Part shown: one piece after another, positions 63,194-64,000 of the stretch
Layout of the letters: each line of letters starts with the position of its first letter
How positions within the stretch are numbered: the stretch's first letter is position 1
Source of the DNA: Azolla caroliniana
Lineage: Eukaryota > Plantae > Polypodiophyta
Reading direction: 5' to 3'
Assembly (NCBI GenBank): GCA_043228905.1
Contig: JBHGNT010000009.1
Span: 19,034,001 to 19,098,000 of the forward strand
Length of the DNA: 64,000 nt
The notes under the pieces: model-generated
The model's input: the letters and a program-made list of their open reading frames with translations, nothing else
Databases searched by the model: none
What the model was told of the DNA's origin: nothing
Translations under genes and position numbers: made by a program

Positions 63194-63394
63194 ACGGAGG
63201 CGGATCGGCCCCATGGTCATGGCGGACAAGGTGGATCGACATGCAATGGTGGTGGCCGACAAACAGAATCAAAGGCATAATTGACATGCCGACAATAGTT
63301 CCAGACCCTCCACGAGTAGGGGGAGTCAAGGCAACGCTGGAAATCAGCAAGCAAAGTGTTACAGGCAGGACCATATAATAGAATTTACCGTAGT

Positions 63395-63893
63395 ATTCTA
63401 TACACGTGGATAAGTGTGAGGGTTAAACGAGAGTGCAAAGAAGGGGATGATTACTTTTAATTCTCGGGATTGAGACAACCCATTAGGCCAAGTGTGAACT
63501 TGCTTGGGGGCCTTGGGTATCACTATAAATAAGAGGCCTAGCTACCCTCATTTCATCATCTTTTGACTATGTCGAGACTCTATTCTTGTGGTGGGTCAAC
63601 TCTTGTAGCGAGTGCGCCAACACCAGGTATGACTCGACGCCATGGCGGTGGTATGGGACGCCGATCGAGGCTCGAGTCCGTCTCGATCCCTTCACTCGGG
63701 GGTGGTCGGGTGGATCGGCACCCTTTTTTCTCTCTCTCCTTTCTATCTATCTATCTTTTATCCTTATCATATGCTTACTTTAGATCATATCTCTAATGGT
63801 TGGTTTCAAAGCTCATGTTCTAATGTTTTTGTCTTCTTGATTGATGGTTATCGATCGATGCGCGGTCAGCCTTGATCTAGACAACTCTCAACA
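63395..63893 (+). repeat. Probable LTR fragment (family shared with 54215-54416)
   Basis: CTATAAATA near 63524, ends ...CTCTCAACA. Confidence 0.45.
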
Positions 63894-64000
63894 AACGAAC
63901 TTCGGTAATCTTTCTTGTTTTTCTTTTTCTATTTTTTCTTCTCCCTTCTAATCATGTATATGGTCATATGTATTTGTTTTTTCTCACTAATTCAATGATG

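Larger units (their letters stand above)
61362..63372 (+). mobile_element. Ty1/copia element L (same group as E/J): 5' LTR, Met PBS and gag, 3'-truncated, interrupted by a solo LTR
   Basis: LTR 61362-61769 TGTTGAG...CA, PBS TGGTATCAAAGC 61770-61781, gag similar to 15581-16063. Confidence 0.9.

Overview
Eukaryotic land-plant genomic DNA; the transposon mix suggests a fern or other seed-free plant (inference). Bases 1-38.9 kb are a stack of nested, mostly decayed LTR retrotransposons. They include three nested members of a tRNA-Trp-primed non-chromovirus Ty3/gypsy lineage (Ylt1/Phygy/Selgy-like), several Ty1/copia elements, three Tcn1-like chromoviruses and a Sola2-like DNA transposase remnant. 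The only clear host gene is an intact Dof zinc-finger transcription factor ORF (43972-45642, +). Downstream is AT-rich intergenic DNA with three LINE insertions, a hAT MITE and a copia 5' end carrying a gypsy solo LTR. The most notable signals are: (1) a complete type I hammerhead ribozyme at 28126-28190 just behind a TATA box; (2) antisense tRNA-like Pol III (A-box/B-box) cassettes inside the LTRs of three different gypsy families; (3) a conserved G_GAU_UUU_UAG -1 frameshift site placed after the protease in the tRNA-Trp-primed gypsy; (4) all four visible insertion sites of that lineage are centred on a CpG (4-bp target). Coordinates were read by eye and may be off by a few bases; no database searches were run.
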